A stretch of DNA of 64,000 bases from an uncultured cyanobacterium. GTDB taxonomy: Bacteria > Cyanobacteriota > Cyanobacteriia > Cyanobacteriales > Microcystaceae. The notes below the pieces were generated by a model. It searched no databases. It was not told where the DNA came from and worked only from the letters and a program-made list of their open reading frames with translations. Positions 43,657-54,334 of the stretch are shown here, piece after piece. The translations under genes and the position numbers were made by a program. Numbering within the stretch: position 1 is the first letter of the stretch; every line of letters begins with the position of its first letter. The DNA lies in NCBI GenBank assembly GCA_963807635.1, contig CAWEDJ010000067.1, positions 64,001 to 128,000 of the forward strand. Reading direction: 5' to 3'.

Positions 43657-43852
43657 AATGGGTTCTCCTAATAGAGGTTAACAAGTTTCCTTTTTTGCTA
43701 TTTGAATTATAATAAGTATTTAAATAATCGTGGTTTAGTCTGGAATACTCAATACCACTTTTTTTCACTCTAATATAAAAATTTTTTATACAAAAAACGA
43801 ACAGATACGATTTCCCACAATAAATCACCTCTAAAATAATGAGGAATATGGT

Positions 43853-44641
43853 ATGAACAGACGAAGAAAAAATACTTCTTTAGCAACTAAAACTACACAA
43901 TCTAACGTTAGTCGCTCCGTCACTCAAAAGACTCAAAAATCATCTTTGGAAAGAGATATTACATCAATTTCTAGCATAGAGGATGTAAATCAAGAAGTTC
44001 CTATTTTGACTAAATCAAAATTTGGAAATGGTATGACTTTTACTCAAGTCAGCCATCTCTTACCCTTCAGTATTTTTACCAAAGTCATCATTTATGCCAT
44101 GCACGAAATTGAGCATTATTTAGATGAAATTAATAGTATATCCGACCAGATTAATATTGGAATTAATACTCAAGATGCTGAAACTATTATCAAGTACATA
44201 GAATTACTAATCAGACTTAAACAGCTAATCTTAAAGTTTGTTTCTTGGGTATCGGTAATTTCTAATATTACTTATTATTTTCTAGAAGAATATAACAACA
44301 ATCTATTGGAAGAAATAGATGGCTTAATTCCTAAACTTTGTCACTATTTGGTTGATATGAATAAGGCTTGTGATACATTCTTAACCTTTGTTCCCCAAGA
44401 ATCCGTACTAGGTATTAGCTTGGCTCCCAATCAAAAACAAATTTCTGATACAAAGGCGATGATCGCTAAACTTTTATTGCGACTTAAAGAAGTTCAGACT
44501 GATAACAAAACTGCGGAAGAAGATTGGGGACTTGCAGAGCAAAATGCTTATACAAGAATGATGGAAACTCGTCATCAAAATATTCCTGGTGAGGTATTTC
44601 TTGATTGGCTTTCTGAATTAGAACAGGGGAAAGATGTTTAA
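43853..44641 (+). CDS. Hypothetical helical protein, putative oversized antitoxin
   Basis: 8-nt overlap with downstream RelE; antitoxin-like C-terminal tail. Confidence 0.7.
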   Translation: MNRRRKNTSLATKTTQSNVSRSVTQKTQKSSLERDITSISSIEDVNQEVPILTKSKFGNGMTFTQVSHLLPFSIFTKVIIYAMHEIEHYLDEINSISDQINIGINTQDAETIIKYIELLIRLKQLILKFVSWVSVISNITYYFLEEYNNNLLEEIDGLIPKLCHYLVDMNKACDTFLTFVPQESVLGISLAPNQKQISDTKAMIAKLLLRLKEVQTDNKTAEEDWGLAEQNAYTRMMETRHQNIPGEVFLDWLSELEQGKDV

Positions 44642-44927
44642 CGTTGAATTTCATCCCAAAGCCTTGAAAGAAGTGCAAGAACTTTTGAGAAAGCATAAAA
44701 AATTCTCTAACCAGTTTCGAGAATTTTATCAAATGCTAGAAACTGAACCCTACAAATTTCCTAAAAAGCGAGGTAAACTAAGAGCCTGCCGAGCCATTAG
44801 TTTTAATATTGATGGTAATGCTTGGCGGTTAGTATTTCGGATTTTGGAAGCAGAAGATACCGTCGAAATTTTGGCGATCGCTATTCATGATGATGCCTAT
44901 AATTCTGCTGAACGGCGTACTGAATAA
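44634..44927 (+). CDS. RelE/ParE-family toxin
   Basis: VEFHPKALKE..WRLVFRI..VEILAIAIHDDAY. Confidence 0.85.
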   Translation: MFNVEFHPKALKEVQELLRKHKKFSNQFREFYQMLETEPYKFPKKRGKLRACRAISFNIDGNAWRLVFRILEAEDTVEILAIAIHDDAYNSAERRTE

Positions 44928-44943
44928 AATTCCTGCAAGATTT

Positions 44944-45024
44944 ATGAACAAATATAACATTAACCTTCAATGGTTTGAAGAAGATCAACTTTTTCTGGTT
45001 ACGATTCCCGAATTCAGCGATCGC
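44944..45024 (+). pseudogene. HicB-family N-terminal remnant
   Basis: MNKYNINLQWFEEDQLFLVTIPEFSDR; resemblance ends at the HIP1 site 45017-45024. Confidence 0.6.
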
Positions 45025-45068
45025 CGTCTCACCGATTAGCCAATATATCGCGATCGCAAAATAATATT

Positions 45069-45614
45069 ATGAACAATCTTGTCAATAACTGTTGCGAAAA
45101 ACACTTCCTCGGTCGGCGATCGCTACTGCAAAGCCTTTTCACAGGAATTGTCGTTTCTCCCTTCTTATTTTTCTCTCAAAAAGCCAATGCCCAAACCTAT
45201 CAAGCAAAAGCATTGGTTTTAAGTTGTATTGATTTTCGCTTTATTCATGCGGAACAAACGTTTTTAACTGAAACCTTAGTAGGGCAATACGACTGGACGG
45301 CTTTAGCAGGAGCCTCTTTAGCCTTAACGGGCTTTCCCCACAGAGCCGAAGCCATAACCTTTTGGGATCAACTGGAACTGTCTAGTCAACTGCACCATAT
45401 TGAAAAAATTATTATTTTAGATCATCAAGATTGTGGAGCCTACGCCAGCTTTATTGACGCTGATTTAAGCCAAGATCCAACGCGAGAATATCAAGTCCAT
45501 CAGAATTATCTCAGACAAGCTTATGAAGCGATCCACCACCGTTATCCCCAGTTAGAGATTGAGCTTTATTTTGTTCGTCTGACTTCGGAATTTCAAAGAA
45601 TTTCACCGCAATAA
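45069..45614 (+). CDS. Beta-class-like carbonic anhydrase with twin-arginine signal
   Basis: GRRSLL; SCIDFR; LAGAS; DHQDCGAY. Confidence 0.8.
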   Translation: MNNLVNNCCEKHFLGRRSLLQSLFTGIVVSPFLFFSQKANAQTYQAKALVLSCIDFRFIHAEQTFLTETLVGQYDWTALAGASLALTGFPHRAEAITFWDQLELSSQLHHIEKIIILDHQDCGAYASFIDADLSQDPTREYQVHQNYLRQAYEAIHHRYPQLEIELYFVRLTSEFQRISPQ

Positions 45615-45845
45615 AACTCTGCATCATTCTTGAACAAGCCAGACGGGAGAGAAACCGTCACTACTTTTCACGCTTGATTGGGCGGTAAACTCGTCTTGAT
45701 TTGAACCGAAAATCTCTTAACAAAAAATAAAATTGTGTTACAAAGCCGTGATATGATTGCTTCTGGCTTAGGCTGGTTTATCCAGTCAACGGGAGATTAA
45801 AATCTTTCGAGCTGAAAACCTCCGATTTGTCAGTAGCTCAAACGT

Positions 45846-46289
45846 GTGAACCCCACTCATCCACCGTCCGACGACCTATCTATCCATGAAGTTCCTGAGC
45901 AAAACGGCTCACCAGCCCTAGATTCAGGGAATTCTATGCAGGATTTTTATCAACTACAGCGTCAGTTGCTAGTTTTGACAATGGGGGCAATAGTTATTAT
46001 TTTTGGCTGTGTTTGGTGGGTTTATTCCCTCAAAATCGCCTTAAATTATCTAATTGGTGCGGGAGTGGGGCTAGTGTACCTGCGGTTACTGGCGAAAGAT
46101 GTAGAGCGGATAGGCGTTCAGTCAAGTCGGGCGGGTGCAAAAGGATTAGCTCTTTTTGCAGGATTGATCATTGTCGCTAGTCAATGGCAACAATTGGAAA
46201 TTTTGCCTGTCTTTCTGGGATTCCTGACCTACAAAGCCGCAATCATCATCTATATGTTGCAAAGCGTTTTTACGCCTACGGCAGATTAG
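45846..46289 (+). CDS. atp1: ATP synthase protein I (Atp1)
   Basis: First gene of operon; LGFLTYKAA. Confidence 0.88.
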   Translation: MNPTHPPSDDLSIHEVPEQNGSPALDSGNSMQDFYQLQRQLLVLTMGAIVIIFGCVWWVYSLKIALNYLIGAGVGLVYLRLLAKDVERIGVQSSRAGAKGLALFAGLIIVASQWQQLEILPVFLGFLTYKAAIIIYMLQSVFTPTAD

Positions 46290-46453
46290 AAGAATGAGAG
46301 GTTGAGGAAGGGTGCAATTAGTCAATAGTTAATGGTTCTGCGAATATATAGTTGATCCCGTTAACCGCGATCGCCTATGGTTCAAACTCCCTAACTATCA
46401 ACTAATCCTTAAGAATTCCCTTGTCCTAACTAAGTAAATCTCACCGAATAACA

Positions 46454-47209
46454 ATGTTAGCTGGTTTGAGCGTTTTAAATTTGTTTCCTTTAGCTGCTTT
46501 AGAAGTTGGTAAGCAGTGGTACTGGGAAATCGGAAATCTCAAATTACATGGACAGACTTTTACGACCTCTTGGTTTGTAATGGGCCTGTTAGTAATAGCC
46601 TCTTTGGCTGCGACGCGCAATGTTCAGCGAATTCCAAGCGGCATCCAGAATTTAATGGAATACGTTTTAGAATTTTTGCGGGACTTAGCGAAGAACCAAT
46701 TAGGTGAGAAAGAATATCGTCCCTGGTTGCCCTTCATTGGCACATTATTTCTATTTATATTTGTGTCCAACTGGTCTGGTGCATTACTTCCTTGGAAACT
46801 AATTCATATCCCCCAGGGGGCTGAGTTAGCTGCTCCTACCAATGATATTAATACCACTGTTTCTTTAGCTCTGTTGACTTCTTTGGCCTACTTCTATGCG
46901 GGTCTCAGAAAGAAAGGATTAGGTTATTTTGCCAACTATGTGCAACCGATTCCTATCCTCTTACCGATTAAGATTTTAGAAGATTTCACCAAACCTCTTT
47001 CCCTCAGCTTCCGTCTTTTTGGAAACATTCTCGCGGATGAGCTAGTGGTAGCCGTCTTGGTGCTATTAGTACCTTTATTTGTGCCATTGCCCCTAATGGC
47101 TTTAGGATTGTTTACCAGTGCCATTCAAGCGTTAGTGTTTGCGACTCTTGCGGGAGCCTATATCCATGAGGCGATCGAATCGGAAGGTGAACACGAAGAG
47201 CATGATTAG
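46454..47209 (+). CDS. atpB: ATP synthase subunit a
   Basis: [22 protein letters not shown]. Confidence 0.97.
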   Translation: MLAGLSVLNLFPLAALEVGKQWYWEIGNLKLHGQTFTTSWFVMGLLVIASLAATRNVQRIPSGIQNLMEYVLEFLRDLAKNQLGEKEYRPWLPFIGTLFLFIFVSNWSGALLPWKLIHIPQGAELAAPTNDINTTVSLALLTSLAYFYAGLRKKGLGYFANYVQPIPILLPIKILEDFTKPLSLSFRLFGNILADELVVAVLVLLVPLFVPLPLMALGLFTSAIQALVFATLAGAYIHEAIESEGEHEEHD

Positions 47210-47342
47210 TTTGGGAAAGCCGTCCTTTAAAATTTAAAATTTGATAGGAAACTGGCCTTAAACTTTTCATTTTCTAGGAGTCTATTGTCCAGAATTCAAC
47301 TTGATTATCTGGCTTGGAACGCACTCCTCATTAATTACTTGA

Positions 47343-47627
<285 letters not shown>

Positions 47628-47822
47628 TTCTTAGCTTTTTTGGAGACGTGAGGAAAAGTTCAGAGGGCGGGTAATTCCCTAAAAAAATTCAATTTATTAT
47701 AGATTTTGTTTTTTTTTGTGACTTGTTGCTTATTCTTGACTTTTTACTTCACCGTCTCTACCTATTCCCCCAGGATTAGACTCGGTTAATAAAAAAACGC
47801 CTGACCTGAATTAGTAAAAAAA

Positions 47823-48254
47823 ATGTTTGATTTTGATGCCACCCTGCCCTTCATGGCATTGCAATTTATTGTCCTAGCCTTTGTGCTAAATGCCATTTTC
47901 TATAAGCCCTTAAATAAGGTACTGGATGATCGGGCCGATTATATCCGCGACAATGAATCGCAAGCTAAGGAACGGTTAGCCAAAGCCAAGGAATTGGCGA
48001 GTCAGTATGAACTACAGATTGCAGATGCGCGTCGGCAATCCCAGGAAGTTATTGCTACTGCCCAGAGTGATGCCAAACGAATCGCGGCGGAACAAATTGC
48101 AGTAGCTCAAAAAGAAGCCCAACAGCAGAAAGAAGCTGCGGCCCAGGAAATTGAAGAACAACGCCAAGTTGCTCTCCGTTCCCTAGAACAACAGGTCGAT
48201 GGTCTGAGCCGTCAAATCTTAGAAAAATTATTAGGCCCTGAATTAGTTAAATAA
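47823..48254 (+). CDS. atpF2: ATP synthase subunit b'
   Basis: [14 protein letters not shown]. Confidence 0.95.
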   Translation: MFDFDATLPFMALQFIVLAFVLNAIFYKPLNKVLDDRADYIRDNESQAKERLAKAKELASQYELQIADARRQSQEVIATAQSDAKRIAAEQIAVAQKEAQQQKEAAAQEIEEQRQVALRSLEQQVDGLSRQILEKLLGPELVK

Positions 48255-48269
48255 CGCTTTATTTAGGTT

Positions 48270-48818
48270 ATGTCAATTATGTTAAATTCTTTGTTGATCC
48301 TAGCAACAGAGGCACAGGAGATGGGCGAAAGAGGATTTGGAATTAATCTAGATTTTCTAGAGGCCAATCTCTTTAACCTAGCAATTTTGCTGGGGATAAT
48401 CGTTTATTATGCCCCCAAGACCTTGGGCAAAACCCTCGGCGATCGCCGCTCAAAAATTGCAGAAGCGATTCAAGAAGCAGAAGCTCGCCAAAAACAAACC
48501 GCTCAGACCCTAGCTGATGAACAGCAAAAGTTAGCCCAAGCCCAGGCAGAAGCAGTTCGGATTCGTGCCGCTTCCGAAGAACGGGCCAAACTGGTGAAAA
48601 CTGAAATTGCCGCTCAAGCAGAGCAAGATGTGGCGCGACTGAGAGAAACAGCCGCAAAGGATCTGGGCGCTGAACAAGAGCGTGTAATGGGTGAATTGCA
48701 ACGTCGGATTGCGGCCTTGGCGGTTGAAAAAGCTGAAGCCGATATTAAAGGTCGTTTAACCAACAATGATCAAGACCGCTTAATTGATCGCTGTATTGCT
48801 CAGTTAGGAGGTCATTAA
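48270..48818 (+). CDS. atpF: ATP synthase subunit b
   Basis: [17 protein letters not shown] followed by coiled coil. Confidence 0.95.
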   Translation: MSIMLNSLLILATEAQEMGERGFGINLDFLEANLFNLAILLGIIVYYAPKTLGKTLGDRRSKIAEAIQEAEARQKQTAQTLADEQQKLAQAQAEAVRIRAASEERAKLVKTEIAAQAEQDVARLRETAAKDLGAEQERVMGELQRRIAALAVEKAEADIKGRLTNNDQDRLIDRCIAQLGGH

Positions 48819-49375
48819 TGAAAGGAAGTTTATATAGTAGCCAAATCGCCGAACCCTACGCCCAGGCTTTGATGTCTTTAGCCCAGTCTCGCGGGATGGT
48901 TGAAGCGATCGGTGAATCAATTCGCTCCTTGGCTGAGTTATTAGAATCCTCTCCCGATTTGCGAGATTTTATTGCGAGTCCTGTGGTACAAGACGACAAT
49001 AAAAAAGCGGTTTTAAAGCGGGTTTTAGGGTCAGAAATTAATCCCTTTTTGCTAAATTTCCTGATGTTATTAGTGGATAAGCGACGGATTATTTTTTTAG
49101 AAGCCGTTTGTCAACAATATTTAGTCTTGTGGCGTGAGTTGACTCATACCGTTTTGGCGGAAGTCATTTCTGCTCTGAAATTAACGGAAGGTCAACAGCA
49201 TTCTGTGACGAATAAAGTTAAGGACTTAACGGGAGCGGCTTCGGTAGAACTCAAAGAAACGGTTGATCCTAGTATTATCGGTGGGGTCATTATTAAAGTG
49301 GGTTCTGAAGTTTTTGACTCTAGCCTCAAAGGTCAATTGCGACGTATTAGCCTCAGTTTAGGCGGTGCAGTCTAG
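48818..49375 (+). CDS. atpH: ATP synthase subunit delta
   Basis: [27 protein letters not shown]. Confidence 0.96.
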   Translation: MKGSLYSSQIAEPYAQALMSLAQSRGMVEAIGESIRSLAELLESSPDLRDFIASPVVQDDNKKAVLKRVLGSEINPFLLNFLMLLVDKRRIIFLEAVCQQYLVLWRELTHTVLAEVISALKLTEGQQHSVTNKVKDLTGAASVELKETVDPSIIGGVIIKVGSEVFDSSLKGQLRRISLSLGGAV

Positions 49376-49510
49376 GATTATCAATCAACAATTTTGAGTA
49401 CAAATTATTACTTAAACTGTGTTGATAGAGGTGAGAGAAACTGAGCAAAATTGTCTAATTAATGTCACGTTCATTTCAGTTAAATTATCCAACGGTAAAA
49501 CAGTAAAACT

Positions 49511-51019
49511 ATGGTAAGCATCAGACCAGACGAAATTAGTAATATTATTCGCCAACAAATTGAGTCCTATGACCAAGATGTTCAGGTTTCTAATGTGGGA
49601 ACCGTTCTCCAGGTGGGAGATGGCACGGCTCGGATCTATGGGTTAGAAAAAGCCATGTCCCAGGAATTATTGGAATTTGAAGATGGAACCATTGGTATCG
49701 CCCTCAACTTAGAAGAAGATAACGTGGGTGCGGTGTTGATTGGCGACGGTTTCGGTATCCAAGAGGGCAGTACGGTCAAAGCAACGGGCAAAATTGCTCA
49801 AATTCCCATTGGCGATGCCATGTTAGGTCGGGTCGTCGATGCTTTGGCTCGTCCCATTGATGGTAAAGGCCCCATTGCCACGACAGCAACTCGTTTGTTA
49901 GAATCTCCTGCTCCTGGGATTGTTTCTCGGAAGTCGGTTTGTGAACCGATGCAGACAGGGATTACTTCTATTGATGCGATGATTCCTGTGGGTCGGGGTC
50001 AACGGGAGTTAATCATTGGAGACCGCAAAACGGGTAAAACCGCGATCGCGATCGATACCATCATCAACCAAAAATCGGAAGATGTGATTTGTGTGTATGT
50101 GGCGATCGGTCAAAAAGCCTCTACCGTTGCTCAAGTTATTGATGCCCTAACCGAAAAAGGTGCGATGGATTACACCATTGTGGTTGCGGCCAATGCTAAT
50201 GATTCCGCTACTCTGCAATACCTCGCTCCCTACACAGGCGCGACTCTGGCGGAACACTTCATGTATCAAGGGAAGCACACCCTCGTGATCTATGATGATT
50301 TGACCAAACAGGCCCAGTCCTACCGTCAAATGTCGTTGTTAATGCGTCGTCCTCCTGGTCGGGAAGCCTATCCTGGAGACGTTTTCTATATTCACTCCCG
50401 TTTGTTAGAACGTGCCGCTAAATTGAGCGATGCCCTGGGTGGTGGTAGCATGACCGCTTTACCCATCATTGAAACCCAAGCGGGTGACGTTTCGGCTTAT
50501 ATTCCGACCAACGTAATTTCTATTACCGATGGTCAAATCTTCCTTTCCACCAACTTGTTTAACGGTGGTTTCCGTCCAGCGATCGACGCGGGTGTTTCCG
50601 TTAGTCGGGTAGGTTCGGCGGCTCAAACCAAGGCGATGAAAAAAGTTGCGGGTAAATTGAAACTAGAATTGGCTCAATTTGCTGAATTAGAAGCGTTTTC
50701 CCAGTTTGCGTCTGATCTAGATGCTTCTACCCAAGCTCAATTGGCACGGGGTCAACGTCTGCGTCAAATCCTCAAACAGCCCGAAAATTCTCCCTTGGGT
50801 GTATGGGAACAAGTGGCGATCGCCTATGCAGGTTTGAACGGTTATATCGACAAAGTTCCTGTGGAAAAAGCGACGGACTTTGCCGAAGGTTTACGGGAAT
50901 ATTTGAAAACCAATAAACCCAAATACGTTGAAATTTTGGTTAAAGATAAAGCCCTAACCGATGAAGCTGAAACCCTCCTCAAAGAAGGAATCAACGAATT
51001 TTCTCAAACCTTTGCTTAA
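49511..51019 (+). CDS. atpA: ATP synthase subunit alpha
   Basis: [30 protein letters not shown]. Confidence 0.98.
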   Translation: MVSIRPDEISNIIRQQIESYDQDVQVSNVGTVLQVGDGTARIYGLEKAMSQELLEFEDGTIGIALNLEEDNVGAVLIGDGFGIQEGSTVKATGKIAQIPIGDAMLGRVVDALARPIDGKGPIATTATRLLESPAPGIVSRKSVCEPMQTGITSIDAMIPVGRGQRELIIGDRKTGKTAIAIDTIINQKSEDVICVYVAIGQKASTVAQVIDALTEKGAMDYTIVVAANANDSATLQYLAPYTGATLAEHFMYQGKHTLVIYDDLTKQAQSYRQMSLLMRRPPGREAYPGDVFYIHSRLLERAAKLSDALGGGSMTALPIIETQAGDVSAYIPTNVISITDGQIFLSTNLFNGGFRPAIDAGVSVSRVGSAAQTKAMKKVAGKLKLELAQFAELEAFSQFASDLDASTQAQLARGQRLRQILKQPENSPLGVWEQVAIAYAGLNGYIDKVPVEKATDFAEGLREYLKTNKPKYVEILVKDKALTDEAETLLKEGINEFSQTFA

Positions 51020-51133
51020 TTAGAGAATAGTTAATAGTGATCAGTGGATAGAATTAAACTAGAAACTAGAATCTATTAACTATTTTTTTACCCATTTTAA
51101 ACGTCTTTTCTTTAATTTCAATGGTATAACACC

Positions 51134-52077
51134 ATGCCTAATCTAAAATCTATCCGCGATCGCATTCAGTCGGTCAAAAATACGAAAAAAATTACAGAAG
51201 CCATGCGCTTGGTTGCCGCTGCAAAAGTTCGTCGCGCCCAGGAACAAGTCCTCGCAACCCGTCCCTTCGCCGATGCCCTGGCCAAGTTTTATACAATCTT
51301 CAAAATCGTCTTGCCTTTGGAGACGTAAATCTTCCCCTGTTTGAACAACGGGATGTAAAATCCGTCGCTCTTTTAGTTGTTTCTGGCGATCGCGGTCTAT
51401 GCGGTGGTTACAATGCCAATGCAATCCGTCGGGGCGAACAACGGATGAAAGAACTCCAATCCCAAGGCATTAATGTTCAATTGGTTGTAGTTGGACGGAA
51501 AGCCAGTCAATACTTTGGCCGTCGTGATACCAATATTGCGGCTAATTACACCAATCTTAACCAAATTCCCACTGCGGCTGAAGCAGCTCAAATTGCCGAT
51601 GCGATCGTGGCTCTGTTTGTCTCTGGTTCCGTTGATCGGGTGGAATTAGTTTATACTCGCTTTTTATCCTTAATCAGTTCTCAGCCTGTCATTCAAACCC
51701 TATTTCCTTTAACGCCCCAGGGTTTAGAGGTCAAGGACGATGAAATTTTCCGTCTGGTGACTCGTGGTGGTAAGTTCCAAGTAGAACGGGAAAAAGTCGG
51801 TAGTGAAGTTTCCAGTTTTCCCCAGGATATGATTTTTGAACAAGATCCTGTACAAATTTTGGATGCTCTGCTTCCTTTGTACAATACCAATCAATTACTG
51901 CGTGCGCTCCAAGAATCGGCAGCCAGTGAGTTGGCCGCACGGATGACTGCAATGAGTAATGCTAGTGACAATGCTGGTCAATTGATCCGTTCTCTCACTC
52001 AATCCTATAACCGTGCCAGACAAGCGGCAATTACCCAAGAGTTGTTGGAAGTGGTCGCAGGTGCAAACGCCCTGTAA
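51134..52077 (+). CDS. atpG: ATP synthase subunit gamma (cyanobacterial atpC), split by a 1-nt deletion near 51283
   Basis: [11 protein letters not shown]..; [21 protein letters not shown]; restoring one C gives ALAQVLYNLQ. Confidence 0.95.
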
Positions 52078-52100
52078 GTTATTATTTGAATTTTTTTGAG

Positions 52101-52131
52101 GGAGCAGTCATTCAGCCAACTGCTCCTTTTT
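52101..52131 (+). terminator. Intrinsic terminator of atp operon
   Basis: GGAGCAGT ... ACTGCTCC followed by TTTTT. Confidence 0.8.
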
Positions 52132-52251
52132 CATGAATTTCGGTGAATGGCATTAGAATAAATTCATGGAATAAAATCTATACTTTAAAACTTTTCCATT
52201 ATCAAAAAGCTTAATCTCTTAGGTTTAATAAATCGCGATCGCGTTTAGTAT

Positions 52252-53004
52252 TCAACCCGAATAAGAAATCTCTTTCAAATGTTGTTCGGCTCCTTCTTTT
52301 AACATCCAGCGAATTGTAGTAAAAAAACGAGGCCAATTTTTTGTTCCGTCTCCAAAATGCATTTCTGCAATTTTTCTGTCTAAATCAATAGGATCAATGA
52401 TTCCGTCATCTAGTTCATCAAGTTCTTGTGTAATTTCTTCAATTAATACCAATCTTTTATCTTTTAAACGTTGAACATTCAGTCCTAATGTTTCAATCGT
52501 AAAGTGAGCATTTTCGATGGGAATTCCGACCTGTTTACAAACTGTTTCATCAGGTTTAATTTCACCATCTTCATTGTTAAAACGGAATAAACATAAATTG
52601 CTTAATTCAAGGGGATTTAATAATCGTCCATCAGGAACAAAATCATTTTTAGATTTACCACAGCAAGGAAAATTATGGGGAACTTCTGAGCTTTGCAGAT
52701 CATTTTCTGTGAGTCCACCTGGCGGATGACAGATAGCCAACATATTAGACCAATCTAGATCACGATTGTTTTCTTTTGTGGATTGCTTGCAGGGAATAAA
52801 GTGTTCAACAGAGCGATTTTTCTCATGGAGAGTTATTTCACAATAGGCACAAAGTCCTTTTTGATCGGTTGCTAAAGTTTTGCAGACAGCACCATGTGTT
52901 TTGGCATTCTTTTTTAAATGTGTCCAACGTTGAAATGCAGAAGAAAAACGCTTTTTGTACTTTTCAAGCTCAGGCTGTTTAGTGGATTTAAGAATTTTTT
53001 TCAT
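52252..53004 (-). CDS. ptuB: TIGR02646-like HNH endonuclease (PtuB-like)
   Basis: QKGLCAYCE..VEHFIP..DWSNMLAIC..CCGKSK; 4-nt overlap with ATPase. Confidence 0.85.
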   Translation of the reverse strand: MKKILKSTKQPELEKYKKRFSSAFQRWTHLKKNAKTHGAVCKTLATDQKGLCAYCEITLHEKNRSVEHFIPCKQSTKENNRDLDWSNMLAICHPPGGLTENDLQSSEVPHNFPCCGKSKNDFVPDGRLLNPLELSNLCLFRFNNEDGEIKPDETVCKQVGIPIENAHFTIETLGLNVQRLKDKRLVLIEEITQELDELDDGIIDPIDLDRKIAEMHFGDGTKNWPRFFTTIRWMLKEGAEQHLKEISYSG

Positions 53005-54287
53005 ACGCTGAGTCTCCGTTCCAATCGACGAATCTGCATATCGGCTCTCGTCATATCCGCATCAAAAAATTCCCATTCTTGCAGTTCTTGTTGCAATCGT
53101 TTTGCTTCTTCTAAACTTTCATTATCAATCGCTTGAAAAAGAGCCGTTAATTTTCTCGATTCTTCTGTATCTGGGCGCAGATTCTGTAAGCCTAAAACAT
53201 AACGCACAATATCTGAACTTTTCATTCCTTTTGTTAGATAGGGACAGGGTTTTATTTGATAATCTTCGAGTATCCAAACCTGATCGCGGTCAACTGTCGT
53301 AACAATTTCGGGGCTGTGGGTTGTGGCAATAATTTGAGTATTGGGAAAAACTTTTCGTAGGTCGGGAATAATTTTTTGTTGCCAGGTGGGATGTAAATGT
53401 AAATCGAGTTCATCAATCATCAAGATCGCTTCGGCTTCTAAAGGATTTTCTAGATGGGGATTGGCCTGGGCTAAACGTCGCGCAAAGTCCATTACTAATG
53501 CCAACATATTGCGATAGCCAGCACTCAGTTGATTGAGAGTGAGTTCTCGTTTTTCTCCTGTTTCCATTGTCCATTCAACCATCAATTTAATATCATTATC
53601 TTGTGTGAAATAAACGCGAGCATTTGGCGAAATAATTTTCTTGATTGCCTTTCGTATTTGTCTGAGTTCGGGCAGTTCTAGGTCTATTTCTCCGTAGTTT
53701 TTTGCTTCTCTTAATTCTTGAAATTCACGCATAAAAAACCAGTTAGTAAAATCCGAGAAATTAGTTGTGGCATCCAAGGCTTTTTTCAAAGAATCAAATC
53801 TATCAAAAAATTTATTGGAAATATTTACAGGCTTAGAATTATTTTTTACATTACGATTCTCTTTGTAATAACCAATTACAGAAAGATCATGGTAATTTTC
53901 AACTCTTAAATCTGACAAAGATGAAGATTTTATACTTGTTCCAATGTTATTTTTATTATTTTCCGTGTCTATTTTATGATAGGCCGCTTGCCACTTTAAA
54001 GAGTTATCAAGTAATATATTAAATTCCATTTCTTGATACTCGCGCTTGTTAATAATTGGAAAATCTTCTAGAAAAATGGGTAAATTTTCTTTATATTTTG
54101 TTGCTCCTATTGTTTGAATACGACGTACATAAGGATACATTGCGGCAGCGATTGCATCTAGAACCGCACTTTTTCCAGAACCATTATTGCCCACAAAAAT
54201 ATTAATATCGGGATTGAGATCAAATTCGAGATGCTCAAAACAGCGAAAATTTTTGACAGTAATATGTTTAATGTGCATTTTTTTCAC
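53001..54287 (-). CDS. ptuA: ABC-type AAA ATPase (PtuA-like)
   Basis: GNNGSGKS; LSAGY; ILMIDELDLHLHP; TTHSP. Confidence 0.87.
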   Translation of the reverse strand: MKKMHIKHITVKNFRCFEHLEFDLNPDINIFVGNNGSGKSAVLDAIAAAMYPYVRRIQTIGATKYKENLPIFLEDFPIINKREYQEMEFNILLDNSLKWQAAYHKIDTENNKNNIGTSIKSSSLSDLRVENYHDLSVIGYYKENRNVKNNSKPVNISNKFFDRFDSLKKALDATTNFSDFTNWFFMREFQELREAKNYGEIDLELPELRQIRKAIKKIISPNARVYFTQDNDIKLMVEWTMETGEKRELTLNQLSAGYRNMLALVMDFARRLAQANPHLENPLEAEAILMIDELDLHLHPTWQQKIIPDLRKVFPNTQIIATTHSPEIVTTVDRDQVWILEDYQIKPCPYLTKGMKSSDIVRYVLGLQNLRPDTEESRKLTALFQAIDNESLEEAKRLQQELQEWEFFDADMTRADMQIRRLERRLSV

Positions 54288-54303
54288 GAATTTTTAGAGA
54301 ATC

Positions 54304-54329
54304 GTAGGGGTGCAAGGCTTGCGCCCAAC
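54304..54329. repeat. GTAG-type REP-like palindrome
   Basis: GTAGGGGTGCAAGGCTTGCGCCCAAC. Confidence 0.6.
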
Positions 54330-54334
54330 AGGAG

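Noticed and set aside
51134..52077. Pseudogenised or programmed-frameshift ATP synthase gamma
   Set aside because: Essential subunit in an otherwise intact operon; no slippery site; same pattern as other likely sequencing indels
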